A DNA stretch of 64,000 nt, taken from Eledone cirrhosa. Lineage: Eukaryota. Every line of letters starts with the position of its first letter. Position 1 is the stretch's first letter. Where the stretch lies: positions 1 to 64,000 of the forward strand of contig OZ024747.1 of assembly GCA_964016885.1 (NCBI GenBank), written 5' to 3'. Below, piece after piece: positions 52,570-64,000 of the stretch. The notes under the pieces were generated by a model. That model made no database searches. It saw only the letters and a program-made list of their open reading frames with translations, and was not told the origin of the DNA. A program made the position numbers and the translations under genes.

Positions 52570-54400
52570 TTATATATATATCTCCCTCTTCCAGTCTGTC
52601 CATGTAGGGGCTCCCACAGAACCACCGAGTCAGTGTCAGCTCTGAATATCAGTGAGCATGTCCAGCTAACCTCAGTCTCCTCTGTGTCAGTTTTGGGAGG
52701 TTCCCATACAGCTCTGAGTTCTTTGTCTTCAGTACATACTGATTAATGTTTAGAGCCATCCTTGTGAAGTACCCTTCCATCATCACCTGGGCTCTGGTGT
52801 TGATGTAGAGCAGTGCTATCAGGTCCACTATCTTCTTGGGGATTCCATAAGCCTGTAAGAAATCCATCAGGCAGTCTCAGTCCAAAGAATCAAAGGCCTT
52901 CCTGAAGTCAATGAAAACCATGACAACAGGAAGTCTCTTTGCTATAGCTCCCTCTAAAATTATCCTCAGCATCAGGATATGATTGGTGGTCGATCTTCCC
53001 TCTCTGAAGCTGTTCTGGTTGTCCCTGAGCTTCTTCCCCATCTTGGACTGGATCCTGTTAAGAATCATCCTGTTGAGGGTCTTTTCCACAAGTAACGTCA
53101 GTGAGGTCCCCCTGTAGTTATTGGTGTTTGAGAATTCTCCCTTCTTTGGTACTGGGGTGATGTTAATGATCTGGAGCAACTCCTTTCTCCAGTGCCTGGT
53201 TACAGAACTCCAGGATGATATCATCAACATCACACATCTTCATCACCTCTGATGCCACTCCATCTTCTCCATGGGCCTTGCCCTCCTTGGCTCTCTGAAG
53301 CTTCTCTCTGATGAAGGGTCCTGTCTCAATATCCAGTTCCTGAAGCATCTATGCTGTGGAGTGCGGTTCCCCTAGAGGGTCTTAAAATGGTCCAGTCACT
53401 GCCTCTTTCTATCATCGGACCTTGTTCCCCAGATATGACTCAAACTCTCTCTTCCTCCATGTAATGTCGTTGATGATTGTCAAGCTCTCTTTACACTTAC
53501 ACCTGTCAACTGCTCTCTCCACACTCCTGAAATTCTCTCTCAGCACCTCATCTCTGGCCTCATTGTAAGCGGCACAGAGTTCTTCCTTCTTCACTTCCAC
53601 ATTCTCCTTCCTCTTCTCTGTAGGATCAGCATGGAATTGATCTTTGGCAGCTCTCAGGTGTTCTCAAGCTGTAAACACTTTTGGGTCTGCAGAACTGCCG
53701 TCCCTCCTCTTCATCTCTCTCCTCGGTACCAGGGCCTCACTTGCTTCTGCCACTGCAGTGGTGAAGTACCTGTACCTCCTTGTCACACTCTCCTCAGTAC
53801 CCGCCAATCTTTCTCTCCTTTGCCTCTCCACACAGAGCACTCAACCTGTTTTTTACTTCTACTGTGTACCTTTCCTGTAGCTTATCTTCCTTGAAAACTC
53901 CCAAGTCATTGATTGCTCTCTGAGGCTGAGCCTTTCTTAAACTCACTTGGACCTCACTCATAACAAGCCAGTGATCACTGCCCATTGTACTGAAATAACT
54001 GTATGGTTCTGTGTTCGGAACACTATTCCGCCACTTATTCCTCACCAGAATGAAATCAATCTGGGACTTGGTTAGGTGCATATCAGAAATGTAGGTCCAC
54101 ATCTTCATTAGATTCTTCCTAAACCTTAGGCTGGTTGCCATCAGGTTCTCCTCCAGCAGGGTGTCCCTCAGTAGTCACCTATTTCAGCTGGTGTTGTTTT
54201 GGAAGTATCAGCAAGGATCTTCATTGCTGTCTTTACTCAGATCTGCATTGAAATCATCAAAAATCGCGGGAAGACAGGTATAATCTCCCTCACAAAGTTG
54301 GTTCTTGTACTCAACACAAAACCCACTCCTCCTACTGCAGCATTAGTTGTGTTCCTCACAGCTGATGTGGTGATGAGCTGGCTCCGCTTTCAATCATCAT
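52570..54400 (-). mobile_element. RTE-group LINE (second family), decayed APE-RT fragment
   Basis: Reads 'SDHWLV', 'PVPKKG..NYRGTSL', 'NQNSFREGRSTT' and 'FIDFRKAFDS'. Confidence 0.9.
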
Positions 54401-54469
54401 TCTCTTCATGGGCTCATCGTGTAGGATCGTGTGTTCTTGGATCACAAGGATCTGTATACCACTCTCCTC

Positions 54470-55726
54470 GAACAGATGATCTAACTCTCATAGCTGAATC
54501 TATAGCTGAACTAGAGAAGCAATTCAAAACATGGAAGCATGGCCTAGAATCCAAAGGCCTTAAAGTTAACTTGTCAAAGACTAAAGTTCTAGTATGTAGA
54601 AAGGAGAATAGGGCACAGGTGCCCTCTGGGAAATGGCCATGCTCAGTATGTAAGAAGAGAGTAGGTAGAAATTCCATTCTATGCCCAAAATGCAAACTAT
54701 GGGTACATAAAAGATGTAGTGGGATCACAGGTAAGCTATCTAAGAATGTAAATTTTATATGTGGCCGATGCTCAGGTGCACTAAGTAGCAAGGGCCCACT
54801 GGATACTATCTCCTTCAACTGCTCAGATGGTTCTATAGAAATAGTAGACACTTTCCGTTACCTGGGTGATAAAATCAGCAGCGGAAGAGGGTGTTCTGAA
54901 AGTACAGTATCCAGAGTTAGAACAGGATGGAAAAAGTTCAGAGTGCTAATACTGATGTTGGCCACAAAAGGTTTTTCTCTAAAAATGAAAGGCAGATTGT
55001 ATGATGCTTGTATTCGAATGGCAATATTACATGGTAGTGAGACCTGGGCGTTGTGTGCAGAAGACTTGCGTAGATTAGAAAGAAATAAAGCTTGCATGCT
55101 CCGCTAAATGTGTAATAGTAATGTACGCGAACAGCAAAGCATAAATGAATTGAGAGAGAGACTGAGCATAAGCGGTATCAAATGTTGTGTGCAGGAGAGG
55201 AGATTGTGTTGGTATGGATATGTGATGCATATGAAGGACAAAAGCTGTATAAAAAAGTGCTGAATGATGAAAATTGATTGAAGCTACGGAGTGGGTAGAC
55301 CTAGAAAAACATGGGACGAGATGATAAAAACTAACCTTGCTCAATTACACCTCTTTAAGACAATGTCACTGAATCAAGATCTTTGGCGCTATGCAGTTAT
55401 ACAGAAGACCCGCCTTCCCTTGCATACAAACTTAAACCTACAATCAGTAGGCACACCTCTTAACCCAACATTCACCCCACATCACTCCCTTTACTCCAGC
55501 CTCCCACTTCCGTCAACTGTAAAGTAGTCGTGTAGGTGACACGACAAAAAGCACCCAGTACACACTGTAAAGTGGACGTGTAAAATACATGGTAAAAAGC
55601 CCCCAGCACTGTCAATGTGGTTGGTGTCAGGAAGGGCATCCAGCTAGAAACACCCAACTTGCCTCTAAATGGGACCTGTCTAACCCATGCAAACGTGGAA
55701 GATAGAGATTAATCGATGATGATGAT
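54470..55726 (+). mobile_element. RTE LINE 3' fragment with Cys-rich insert and 3' UTR
   Basis: Reads 'DDLTLIAES', 'WPCSVC..CKLWVHKRC..C.RC', 'FRYLG', 'LHGSETW' and 'GRPRKTW', with a (GAT)n tail at ~55715-55726. Confidence 0.92.
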
Positions 55727-55785
55727 ACATACATACATACAAATTTTTTGTTTCTTTTTCAGATTTTTAAATTTTATTTCTTACA

Positions 55786-56823
55786 ATGGAGAAAACTAAA
55801 AAATCATTTCCTTGCAGTGTGTGTGGAAAGAACTTTGCACAGAATTGTTATTTAAAAGTCCACATGAGAATCCACACTGGGGAGAAACCATACAAATGTG
55901 AGATATGCGGAAAGGCTTTCACAAAGAGCAGCGATTTAATAACACACACTCGAATCCACACAGGTGAGAAACCATACCAGTGTATAACCTGCGGTGAAAC
56001 TTTCACACAAAATGGTAACCTCCAGAGACACATACGTACTCACACAGGTGAGAAATTGTTTCATTGTGACATATGCCAGCGAGACTTCTGTGATAACAAG
56101 TATTTGCAATTCCACAAGAGATCTCACACTGATCCTGTTTTACATTGTGAGATCTGTCACAAGAAACTCAGAAGTCTCGAGACATTGAAAAATCACATGC
56201 TGATTCACACCGGTGAAAAGTCCTATCATTGTACTTTTTGCGACAAGTCATTTTGGCGTCTTGCCAGTTTTCAGAAGCATTCTAAGGTTCACAATGAAGA
56301 CAATCCATACCGATGTGAAACATGTGGTCACATGTTCTCATCAGACAAATCATTACAAAGTCACATTCGTATACACACTGGAGAGCGTCCTTTCCACTGT
56401 GAACCTTGTGACAAGTACTTCACTACGGAAAGCAGACTACGAAAGCACACACGAACACACACATGTGAACAACCTTATATATGCTTAATCTGCAACATAC
56501 ATTTCATGGAGAAAAATGACCTGAAGCAACACTTAACAACTCATTCTGAAATAAAAGAGTTTGAATGCCAAGTATGTAGTGCTCGATTCACTTGGAGAAA
56601 TCAGTTGAAACTTCACATTCGGACGCACACAGGCGAGAAGCCTTTTAACTGCACAGTTTGTGGCAGATCATTTGCTCGCAAAGGGATTCTTAGTAACCAC
56701 CTGCGAACTCACACAGGCGAAAAACCTTTCACTTGCTGGCTTTGCCCAAAGGCTTTCTCTCGGAATAGCATGTTAAAGCAACATATGAAATCACATACAG
56801 ATGAAGATCTTAAGAATTGCTAA
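55786..56823 (+). CDS. C2H2 zinc-finger protein with 12 tandem fingers (single coding exon)
   Basis: Intact 345-aa ORF with 12 Cx2C-x12-Hx3H fingers and TGEKP-type linkers. A splice acceptor TTCTTTTTCAG ends at 55762, just upstream of the ATG. Confidence 0.93.
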   Translation: MEKTKKSFPCSVCGKNFAQNCYLKVHMRIHTGEKPYKCEICGKAFTKSSDLITHTRIHTGEKPYQCITCGETFTQNGNLQRHIRTHTGEKLFHCDICQRDFCDNKYLQFHKRSHTDPVLHCEICHKKLRSLETLKNHMLIHTGEKSYHCTFCDKSFWRLASFQKHSKVHNEDNPYRCETCGHMFSSDKSLQSHIRIHTGERPFHCEPCDKYFTTESRLRKHTRTHTCEQPYICLICNIHFMEKNDLKQHLTTHSEIKEFECQVCSARFTWRNQLKLHIRTHTGEKPFNCTVCGRSFARKGILSNHLRTHTGEKPFTCWLCPKAFSRNSMLKQHMKSHTDEDLKNC

Positions 56824-56959
56824 CACCAATTTTCTAAAGATTCCTTATCAGTTAACATTAAAGAACAGCTAAAAGATGGCAATCTTAAACTTAGCTTTAA
56901 GATTTATCTTCTAACTAAACAAGATCTTTTTATGACACTATTGTCAAATGACTTAATTA

Positions 56960-57062
56960 AATCACAGTATTGTTAATTATTTAACTTAACCACAGTAATG
57001 TTAAATATTTAACTTAACCACATTGTTAAATATTTAACCTAACCAGTAATGTTAAACAACTT
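56960..57062. repeat. Short tandem repeat (TTAACCACAGTAATGTTAAATATTTAAC-like, about 4 copies) in the probable ZNF 3' UTR
   Basis: Directly visible. Confidence 0.7.
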
Positions 57063-58569
57063 AGTTACATATTACTGTAATTTGAAATCCAAACTACTCC
57101 CTCCACTATACACCATCAAAGTTTGAGTTCAGAAGCCTACAAATACAAAACTAGATACTTTAACCCTTTACGATTTACATTACTCTATTTAGTATTGTAT
57201 TTTTAGTGTTAAAGGCTTCACCTCACAATATTGAATCTATGAGATTTTGATATTTATACTCAGAACAATACCTTAATGTCAGTATGAATGGCCAATTATG
57301 GCTGGTTTGAACAGAAAGTAGGAGAGAATTCTGGCCAGATACAGCTGGCTTAGATGCTAAAGAGTTAAAGTATGCTGTATATAGACAATAATTTAATGAT
57401 GACAATGATGGTTGTTATTACTCTGGTGGTTGAGAATTGACATATAAGTGTGATTCTTCAGACAAATTTAAACAACCTTAGAGAATAGTGTCATTCATGT
57501 ATTTCTAACAGATGATAGTTCTTCAAGGAATATGGTATCTAATGGACAAGATGATAATCTAAACCATTATTCTCCAACCTCTGGCATAAAATTTTCTAAG
57601 GTCAGAATATTTTATTCCTGATCTTTTTTGTTACCTTTTAATTTGAAATTAAATATACTGATTACTGTATTCACTTATGTATATGTCACACCTCCACTTT
57701 GCCATGTTCCCTGATAAGGCAGAGATTAACCTTGCAGACCCCATGATAAATTTCATATTCATTAAGGGGTCCTTTTTGAGGCAATGTTTTAAAGCTGGAT
57801 GCCTAATGGTGCCAACCTTTTTAGTAATCTTTTATTACACACAGGGATACAATGTACCTATTCTGAATTGAATGTACACAGTAACTTACAACATTTACAA
57901 TGTACCATAATGAAATTAGGTGAAATTTTCAGCTTGCACTTGTACAAATTTATCTGGCCTCATATAAAGCTGCATTTCACACAAGGTTTCTTGGGTGTTT
58001 TAATGATAGGATTCTCAGTCCTATCATGAAAAACAACATGAAATGAAGTGTCTTGCTCAAGAATACAACACACTGCTCAATCCAAAAATTGAACTCACAA
58101 TCCTAAGATTGTGAGTCCAAAACTCTAGCCACAAGGCCCAAACCTTCAAATGTGAATGTACCATATATTTTGAACTGAGGTTTTGAAAAGATGGAGTCTT
58201 CAGAAGAGTAGATTCTTTGTATTTTCTGGTTTTTCACGTACTTTTGTGGGAACATGTGCCACTTATAAATGTGTATACATGGTACATATTTTGACATCAC
58301 ATGCTTAACCCCACATCTGAGCCTAAATACATTCTATTTAATGGTTATGTGACATTGAATTTTAATAAAAATAATTTTGTTAGGGTTGTCACATTTTTAG
58401 TGAAATCAAACTATGTATCTCCACCTTCAAAAGATCAGAAAGTTTTCTCATAAACCAACACCAGCAAAGGTTATGGTTTCTTTATTTGCTGTAAGAGCAA
58501 TAAAGACTTATGAGGGAGGAAATAATATTTTTATGGATAAATTATTAACATTTGTCTGTAATAGCTATA

Positions 58570-59180
58570 ATTCTTTCTAAAATTGGCACAAGACCAGCAA
58601 TTTAAGGTAAGGAGGAAGTCGATTATATCAACATCAGTACTTTACTGGTACTTTGTTTTATCAACCTCAAAGGGATAAAAGGCAAAACTGATCTCAGCGA
58701 GATTTGAACTCAGAACATAAAGGGCTGTAATCAAATGCTACAAATAATTTTGTCTAACACTCTAACAATTATACCAACCCACCTCATATAATAGCAATAA
58801 TAATAATAATTTCTAACATAGACGCAAGGCAAGAAATTTTGGTGGGACAGAACAGTTGATTATATAGACACCAATGTGCAGCTGGTACTTACATTATTTA
58901 CCCCAGAGGAATGAAAAGCAAAGTTGTCTTGGGATTTGAAGTCAGAACCTAAAGGAATTGAACTAAATACCAAAGGCATTTTATCTGATACTCTAACAAT
59001 TTTGCCAATTTTAAAGTTTTTTCAACATAGATAAGACAGCACAATTTTTTGGAGGGATGTCAATTTAATCAGCCCCAGTGCTTATTTGATCAACATAGGA
59101 AAGAGATAATATAAAGCCAGCATTTGCATTCAGACCATTATAGAAAATACCTGAATACTTCAAGATATTTTATCTATTTA
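58570..59180 (-). mobile_element. Cluster of about three decayed tRNA-SINEs in tandem (another SINE fragment at ~58030-58140)
   Basis: Repeated CTGGTACTT..AAAGGCAAA..GATTTGAACTCAGAAC modules. Confidence 0.7.
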
Positions 59181-59339
59181 TACTATCACCCTTCTATTGA
59201 GAATAATAATAATTTTTTCTATCCTTAATAATTATGCATTTGATGTCTATCAATTTTGTCCTTTTAATTGTTGTTGCTGTTGTTTAACCTCAATTTAAAT
59301 CTGTAAAGAAGCCTATTGTGTGTGTATATATATATATAT

Positions 59340-62300
59340 CATCATCATCATCATCACCGTTTTACGTCGATTCTTCCACACTAGCAAGGGTTAGACGGGT
59401 TGTCCTGTTGTGGGCAATGTTAGGTCGGCTGACCTTGTCTTGCTCATATGGGAACTGATTTTGGCTTGATTTCTACAGCTGGATGCTTTTCCTAACATCA
59501 ACCTCATTTACAGTGAGTGCTGGGTGCCTACACGTTCACTTTACAGTGTGGTCTGGGTGCTTTTTTGTCGTGACACCTCCACAACCACTTTGAAGTAGGA
59601 GGGGATGGGGGCTTATTGTTTATATGCTTCGGTTTGTTCCCGTGGGAAGTCGGGTCTTCTGTATTACTGCGTGACGCCAGAGGTCACGATCCTGTGTCAT
59701 CGCCGTTGAGAGGTGTAATTGGGCAAGGTCCACTTTTATCACCTCATCCCAGGTCTTCTTGGGTCTCCCCACTCCATGGCTTCCATCAACTTTTAGTGCT
59801 CTGCACCTTTTTATGCAGCTGTCGTCCTTCATACACATCATCATCACCGTTTTACGTCCGTTCTTCCACGCTAGCGTGGGTTAGACGGTACACATGTCCA
59901 TACCAACGAAGGCTCCTCTCCTGCACACAGCATTTGATTCCTCTTATGCTCAGTCTCTCTCTCAGCTCATTTATGCTTTGCCGTTCGTGTATATTACTAT
60001 TACACATCCATTGGAGCATGCAAGCTTTGTTTCTTTCTAATCTACACAAATCTTCTACACACACAGCGCCCAGGTCTCACTACCATGTAACATTGCTGTT
60101 TGTATGCAGGCATCATACAGTCTGCCTTTCATTTTGAGGGAAAAGACTTTTGCAGCTAGCAGTGGCTTCCTGAACTTTTTCCATCCCGTTCTTACCCTGG
60201 TTACTGTACTTTCAGAACACCCACCTCCGCTGCTAATTTGTTCACCCAGGTAGCAGAAGCTCTCTACTGTTTCTACGGAGCTCTCCCAGAGTTTGGTAGT
60301 ACTTGTTTCCTGTGGCTGTTTGCTGCTACATGTAAAGTCTACATTCCTAACTAAGCTTCCTGAGATCCCACTACATCTCTTGTGTACCCATAGTTTGTAT
60401 TTGGAGCAGAAGATGGTATTCCTACCTACAGCTTTCCTACATACTGAGCAAGGTCATTTCCCTGAGGGGATCTGGGTTCTGTTTTCTCATCTACTTACGA
60501 GGACCTTAATCTTTGACAGGTTGACTTTGAGACCCATTCTTTCTAATACCTGCTTCCATGTTTGGAATTTCATCTTTAGTTCCGTCATAGATTCAGCTAT
60601 AAGTGTAAGAACATCCTCATACAGAAGTTCCCAAGGGCATCCGGCCTTAAACTCCTCTGTTATAGCCTGCAATACTATAATGAACAGGAGAGGGCTAAGA
60701 ACAGCCCTGGTGGACACCGACATGTATGCTAAATTTCTTGTTATAGTCATTGTTAACCCTAACTTTGCTGACTACTCCCCTATACATGGCTTGTACAGCT
60801 TTCACAAGCCATTCATCTACTCCTAATTTTCTAAGAACCCGCTAGATTATAGCACAGGGGACTCTGTCGAAAGCTTTTTCCAGATCGACAAATCCAGGTA
60901 GAGCAGTTTACTTTTAGCTAGGTATTTTTCCTAGCACAAATCCAAAATGAATCTCATCTAGTTTTACCCAGTCCCTAATCAACTGTGCTATAACTCTTTC
61001 CATTACTTTCATGACCTGGTCCATCAGCTTTATACCTCTATAGTTTCCTCTATCTAGTGCATCTCCTTTACCCTTGTAGCAGTTGACAATGATGCTGCTG
61101 TGCCAATCCTTTGGTATGACACCCTCTTGTATTACCTGGTTAACAATACATGTGGTTATGGTGTGACCTACCAACCCAGATGCTTTCAGCATCTTGGCAG
61201 CTATACCTGATGGACCGATGCCTTCCCAGTCTTCATATCTTTAATTGACTTACCTACTACGCTGCTGTTGACTTGTATTGCTGGTCCCTCTATAGGGTCC
61301 ACTTGGGGTAGAGTCTCTTTCTCCCATGCATTCTTCTCATTTAGTAGTCTTTCATCATGGCTCTTCCACACAGCTTTCTTCTCGGCACTTGTGAGGGCAA
61401 GCTCACCTTTATCATTCCAGACACACTTCTCTCCAATGACATCTCAATTTTCTCTAACACACTGCCTCGCAATCCTGAACACCTCCTGTTTCTGGTCCTC
61501 AGGCTACAAAACATGCTTGAATTTTCCATCCTCCGCTTCCCTTCCAGCTAAGTATACTTGTCGCCTAGCTTCCCTCCTGGTTTCTATGTAATGTATCCTA
61601 ATCCCCCATTCTTTCCATGCCTGTCTCTTGGCCTTAACTGCCTCATCTACCTTATTGCTCCACCACCAAGTCACTCTCCTCCTCCCTGTGATCTTGCTCC
61701 AACCACAAATCTCATCCGCAGCCTTTAGTAAGTTATTTTTTAGGAACTCCCAGTGCTCTTCTACATTGAATGTCTCTATCTGTTCTTCTTTACTGTCATA
61801 GGCGTCGAGTAAGATATCCTTCAATCTGTTACTGGCTGAGGGGTCTTTCAGCTTCCAGAACTTTCTTCTCCAAGTAACTCTAGTTCTGACAACTAAGTTA
61901 TGTTGGGAGGTACATTCCTCACTGGAGAAGGATTTTGTGTTTACAACTGTCCATCTATCTCGTCCTCTGATAAGGATAAAATCTATCTGACTAGAATGCT
62001 CCCCTGATCTATAGGATGGTTGTTGAGTTTTTTTAAGTTTGTGTTACATATCGACATGTCATTGGCGTCGCAGAATTCAAGGAGTCTGAAGCTTTCTTCG
62101 TTTCTTGCGCTAAACCCATAGCCTCCATGGACTCTATAGAAACCGTCTCGGTGTTTCCCAACGTGTCTGTTAAAGTCTCCTGCAATGATTAGGAAGTCAT
62201 TGTCATTTGTTAGGGCAGTAGTGTGCATTAAGGACTCGTAAAACCTATCCTTAAGTTCGTCTGGAAACCCTGATTGGGGTACCATCATCATTTCATTTTA

Positions 62301-62905
62301 CGTCCGCTTTTTCCCTGCTTGCAAAGGTGGGACAGGAACTGATTCTGGCTTGATTTCTACAGCTGGATGCCCTTCCTAACACCAACCTCATTTACAGTTA
62401 GTGCTTGGTGCTTTTTTGCCGTGGCACCTCCACGACCACTTTGCAGTGGAATTATATGGACCCCAGTCCCTATCATCTCATTTCTACAGCTGAGTAAACT
62501 GGAGCAATGTGAAATAAAGTGTCTTGCTCAAGGAAACAACACATCACCCGGTCTGAGAATTGAACTTACAACCTTTCGATTGCAAGGCCAATGCTCTAAC
62601 CACTAAGCCATGTACGTAAGCAGATATAATTGTAGCTATTGTTTTATTCAGTTTAATGATTCTTGCGTTCACCCTGTTCACTGAGATTACCTTATCTTCC
62701 CATTTGTCAACTAATAGTATACCCACACAACCCATCCCATTGTCATTTCCCACCCAGAAGAATTTATAGCACTGATTTTTGCCTACAAGCACTCCAGCAG
62801 ACCATCCTCTCCATCTAGTCTCTTGCACACAGCATACATCAATTTCCTTTCGCTCTAGCATCTCTATGATTTCTCCTGCTCTTCCTTTCATTGTGCTTAT
62901 ATATT
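59340..62905 (-). mobile_element. Near full-length decayed RTE LINE (APE endonuclease plus RT plus 3' UTR)
   Basis: Reads 'IDVCCVQETRW', 'AGDFN.HVG', 'NYRGIKL', 'LSPLLFIIVL' and 'GRPKKTW', with a (GAT)n tail at ~59340-59355. Confidence 0.93.
62283..62611 (-). mobile_element. tRNA-SINE with RTE-type tail inserted into the RTE endonuclease
   Basis: TGGCTTAGTGGTTAGAGC..GTTCAATTC..CCTTGAGCAAGACACTT..GGAAGGGCATCCAGCTGTAGAAA..(GAT)n. It splits 'SAYV|PQ' with GTAC duplicated. Confidence 0.85.
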
Positions 62906-63309
62906 TCAAATCAGTTAACGGAGTTAAAAACTCACATTAATCCCCTATTGCACACATATCTCTATGTGTACTTTTCTCTATATGTTGATTTATATATATA
63001 TAGTAAAATGACAGCAGGCCAAATAGGTTGAATTTCCATGGTATATATATAGTTTTAGAAAAAGAACAGAGATGCAAAAGCAATAGTTTCACACTTGAAG
63101 AAAAATGGAAGAGGAAAGTTCAATATAACGAGCATTAGTCCAGGTTCATAGATAGAGGAGGATAAAAAAGAGGGGCATGTGAGTGTGTATGCTGTATTTA
63201 ATTCTTCTTAGTATATATATGTATAAGTGTTGGAGTGGTGCATAGATTGTTTATAATGGTGTGTATATATGCCTAGGTGTATTAACATCATACATATGCA
63301 TGATTTATA

Positions 63310-64000
63310 TCATCACCATTTAACGTCCATTTTCCACAGTAGCATGGGTTAGACGAGTTGCCCCATTGTGAGACAAACCAGATCAGATGACCCTGTCTTG
63401 CTCATAAAGAACTGATTTTGACAGGATTTCTACAGATGGATGCCAACCACATTTACAGTAAGTACTGGGTGCTTTTTGTCATGACACCTACATGACCACT
63501 TTACAGTGTGGATTGGCACTTTTTGTCATATAGCCATCACAACCACTTTACAGTGTGGACTAGGGATTTGGTTGGGAGGATTGGCGAAGTAGATCTAGGG
63601 ATGTGGGTGAGGGGCAGAGTGTTATGACATGGGATATGCAAGAGAAGGGGTGTGGATGAAGGAAGGGTGTTGGGGCATGGAGGTATTGAAAGGGGGGAGA
63701 GGAAGCTAGTGCATACAAGATGTATTCTTCAGTCCATGCACATGGGAAGGCAGGTCTTCTGTATTACTGCATAATGCCAGAGATCACAATCCTGTGTCAT
63801 CGCTTTTGTGAGGTGCAATTGTGCAAGGTCAGCTTTTATCACCTCATCCCAAGTCTTCCTACACCATAACTCCCATCAACTTTGAGGCCCCCTGCACCTT
63901 TTTATATTGCTGTCATCCTTCATACGCATAAAATGGCCATACCAATGCATTAATCCTCTCCTGCACACTGCATCTGACCCCTCTTATGCCCAGTTTCTCT
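63310..64000 (-). mobile_element. RTE LINE 3' end (continues beyond the window)
   Basis: Same 3' UTR and 'RKTWDEVIK' as 59340-59950. Confidence 0.88.

Noticed and set aside
54199-55107. 302-aa ORF with a PHD-like Cys cluster as a host gene
   Set aside because: It is a chimeric read-through of an antisense LINE into an RTE RT fragment; the Cys cluster is part of this RTE family.
55786-56823. ZNF as a telomere-binding TZAP/ZBTB48 orthologue
   Set aside because: There is no BTB domain or recognisable orthology; proximity to the telomere is not evidence.
62560-62611. tRNA gene
   Set aside because: It is the tRNA-like head of a SINE, continuing into SINE body and tail; no complete cloverleaf.

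Overview
This is the left end of a eukaryotic chromosome, most likely an octopodid cephalopod (inferred from the tRNA-SINE and RTE families, AT richness and a KRAB-less C2H2 array). It opens with about 13.3 kb of (CCCTAA)n telomere and a ~430 bp zone of variant repeats, then an AT-rich fold-back block. A ~5.3 kb tandem segmental duplication follows (two copies plus a partial third), made of decayed RTE LINEs, a TIR element and possible Penelope remnants. Beyond it is a mosaic of micro/minisatellites, SINEs, Helitrons (including a PIF1 helicase relic), R4-like, L1/Tx1, CR1 and RTE LINE fragments and many inverted-repeat elements. The only intact protein-coding ORF is a 12-finger C2H2 zinc-finger exon (55786-56823). 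The most notable find is three well-formed type I hammerhead ribozymes on the minus strand (41157-41232, 50797-50857, 32561-32625). Two are homologous and show stem II replacement. They sit in small non-coding elements that look like Penelope pLTR relics or retrozymes. All calls were made by eye; family names need database confirmation.
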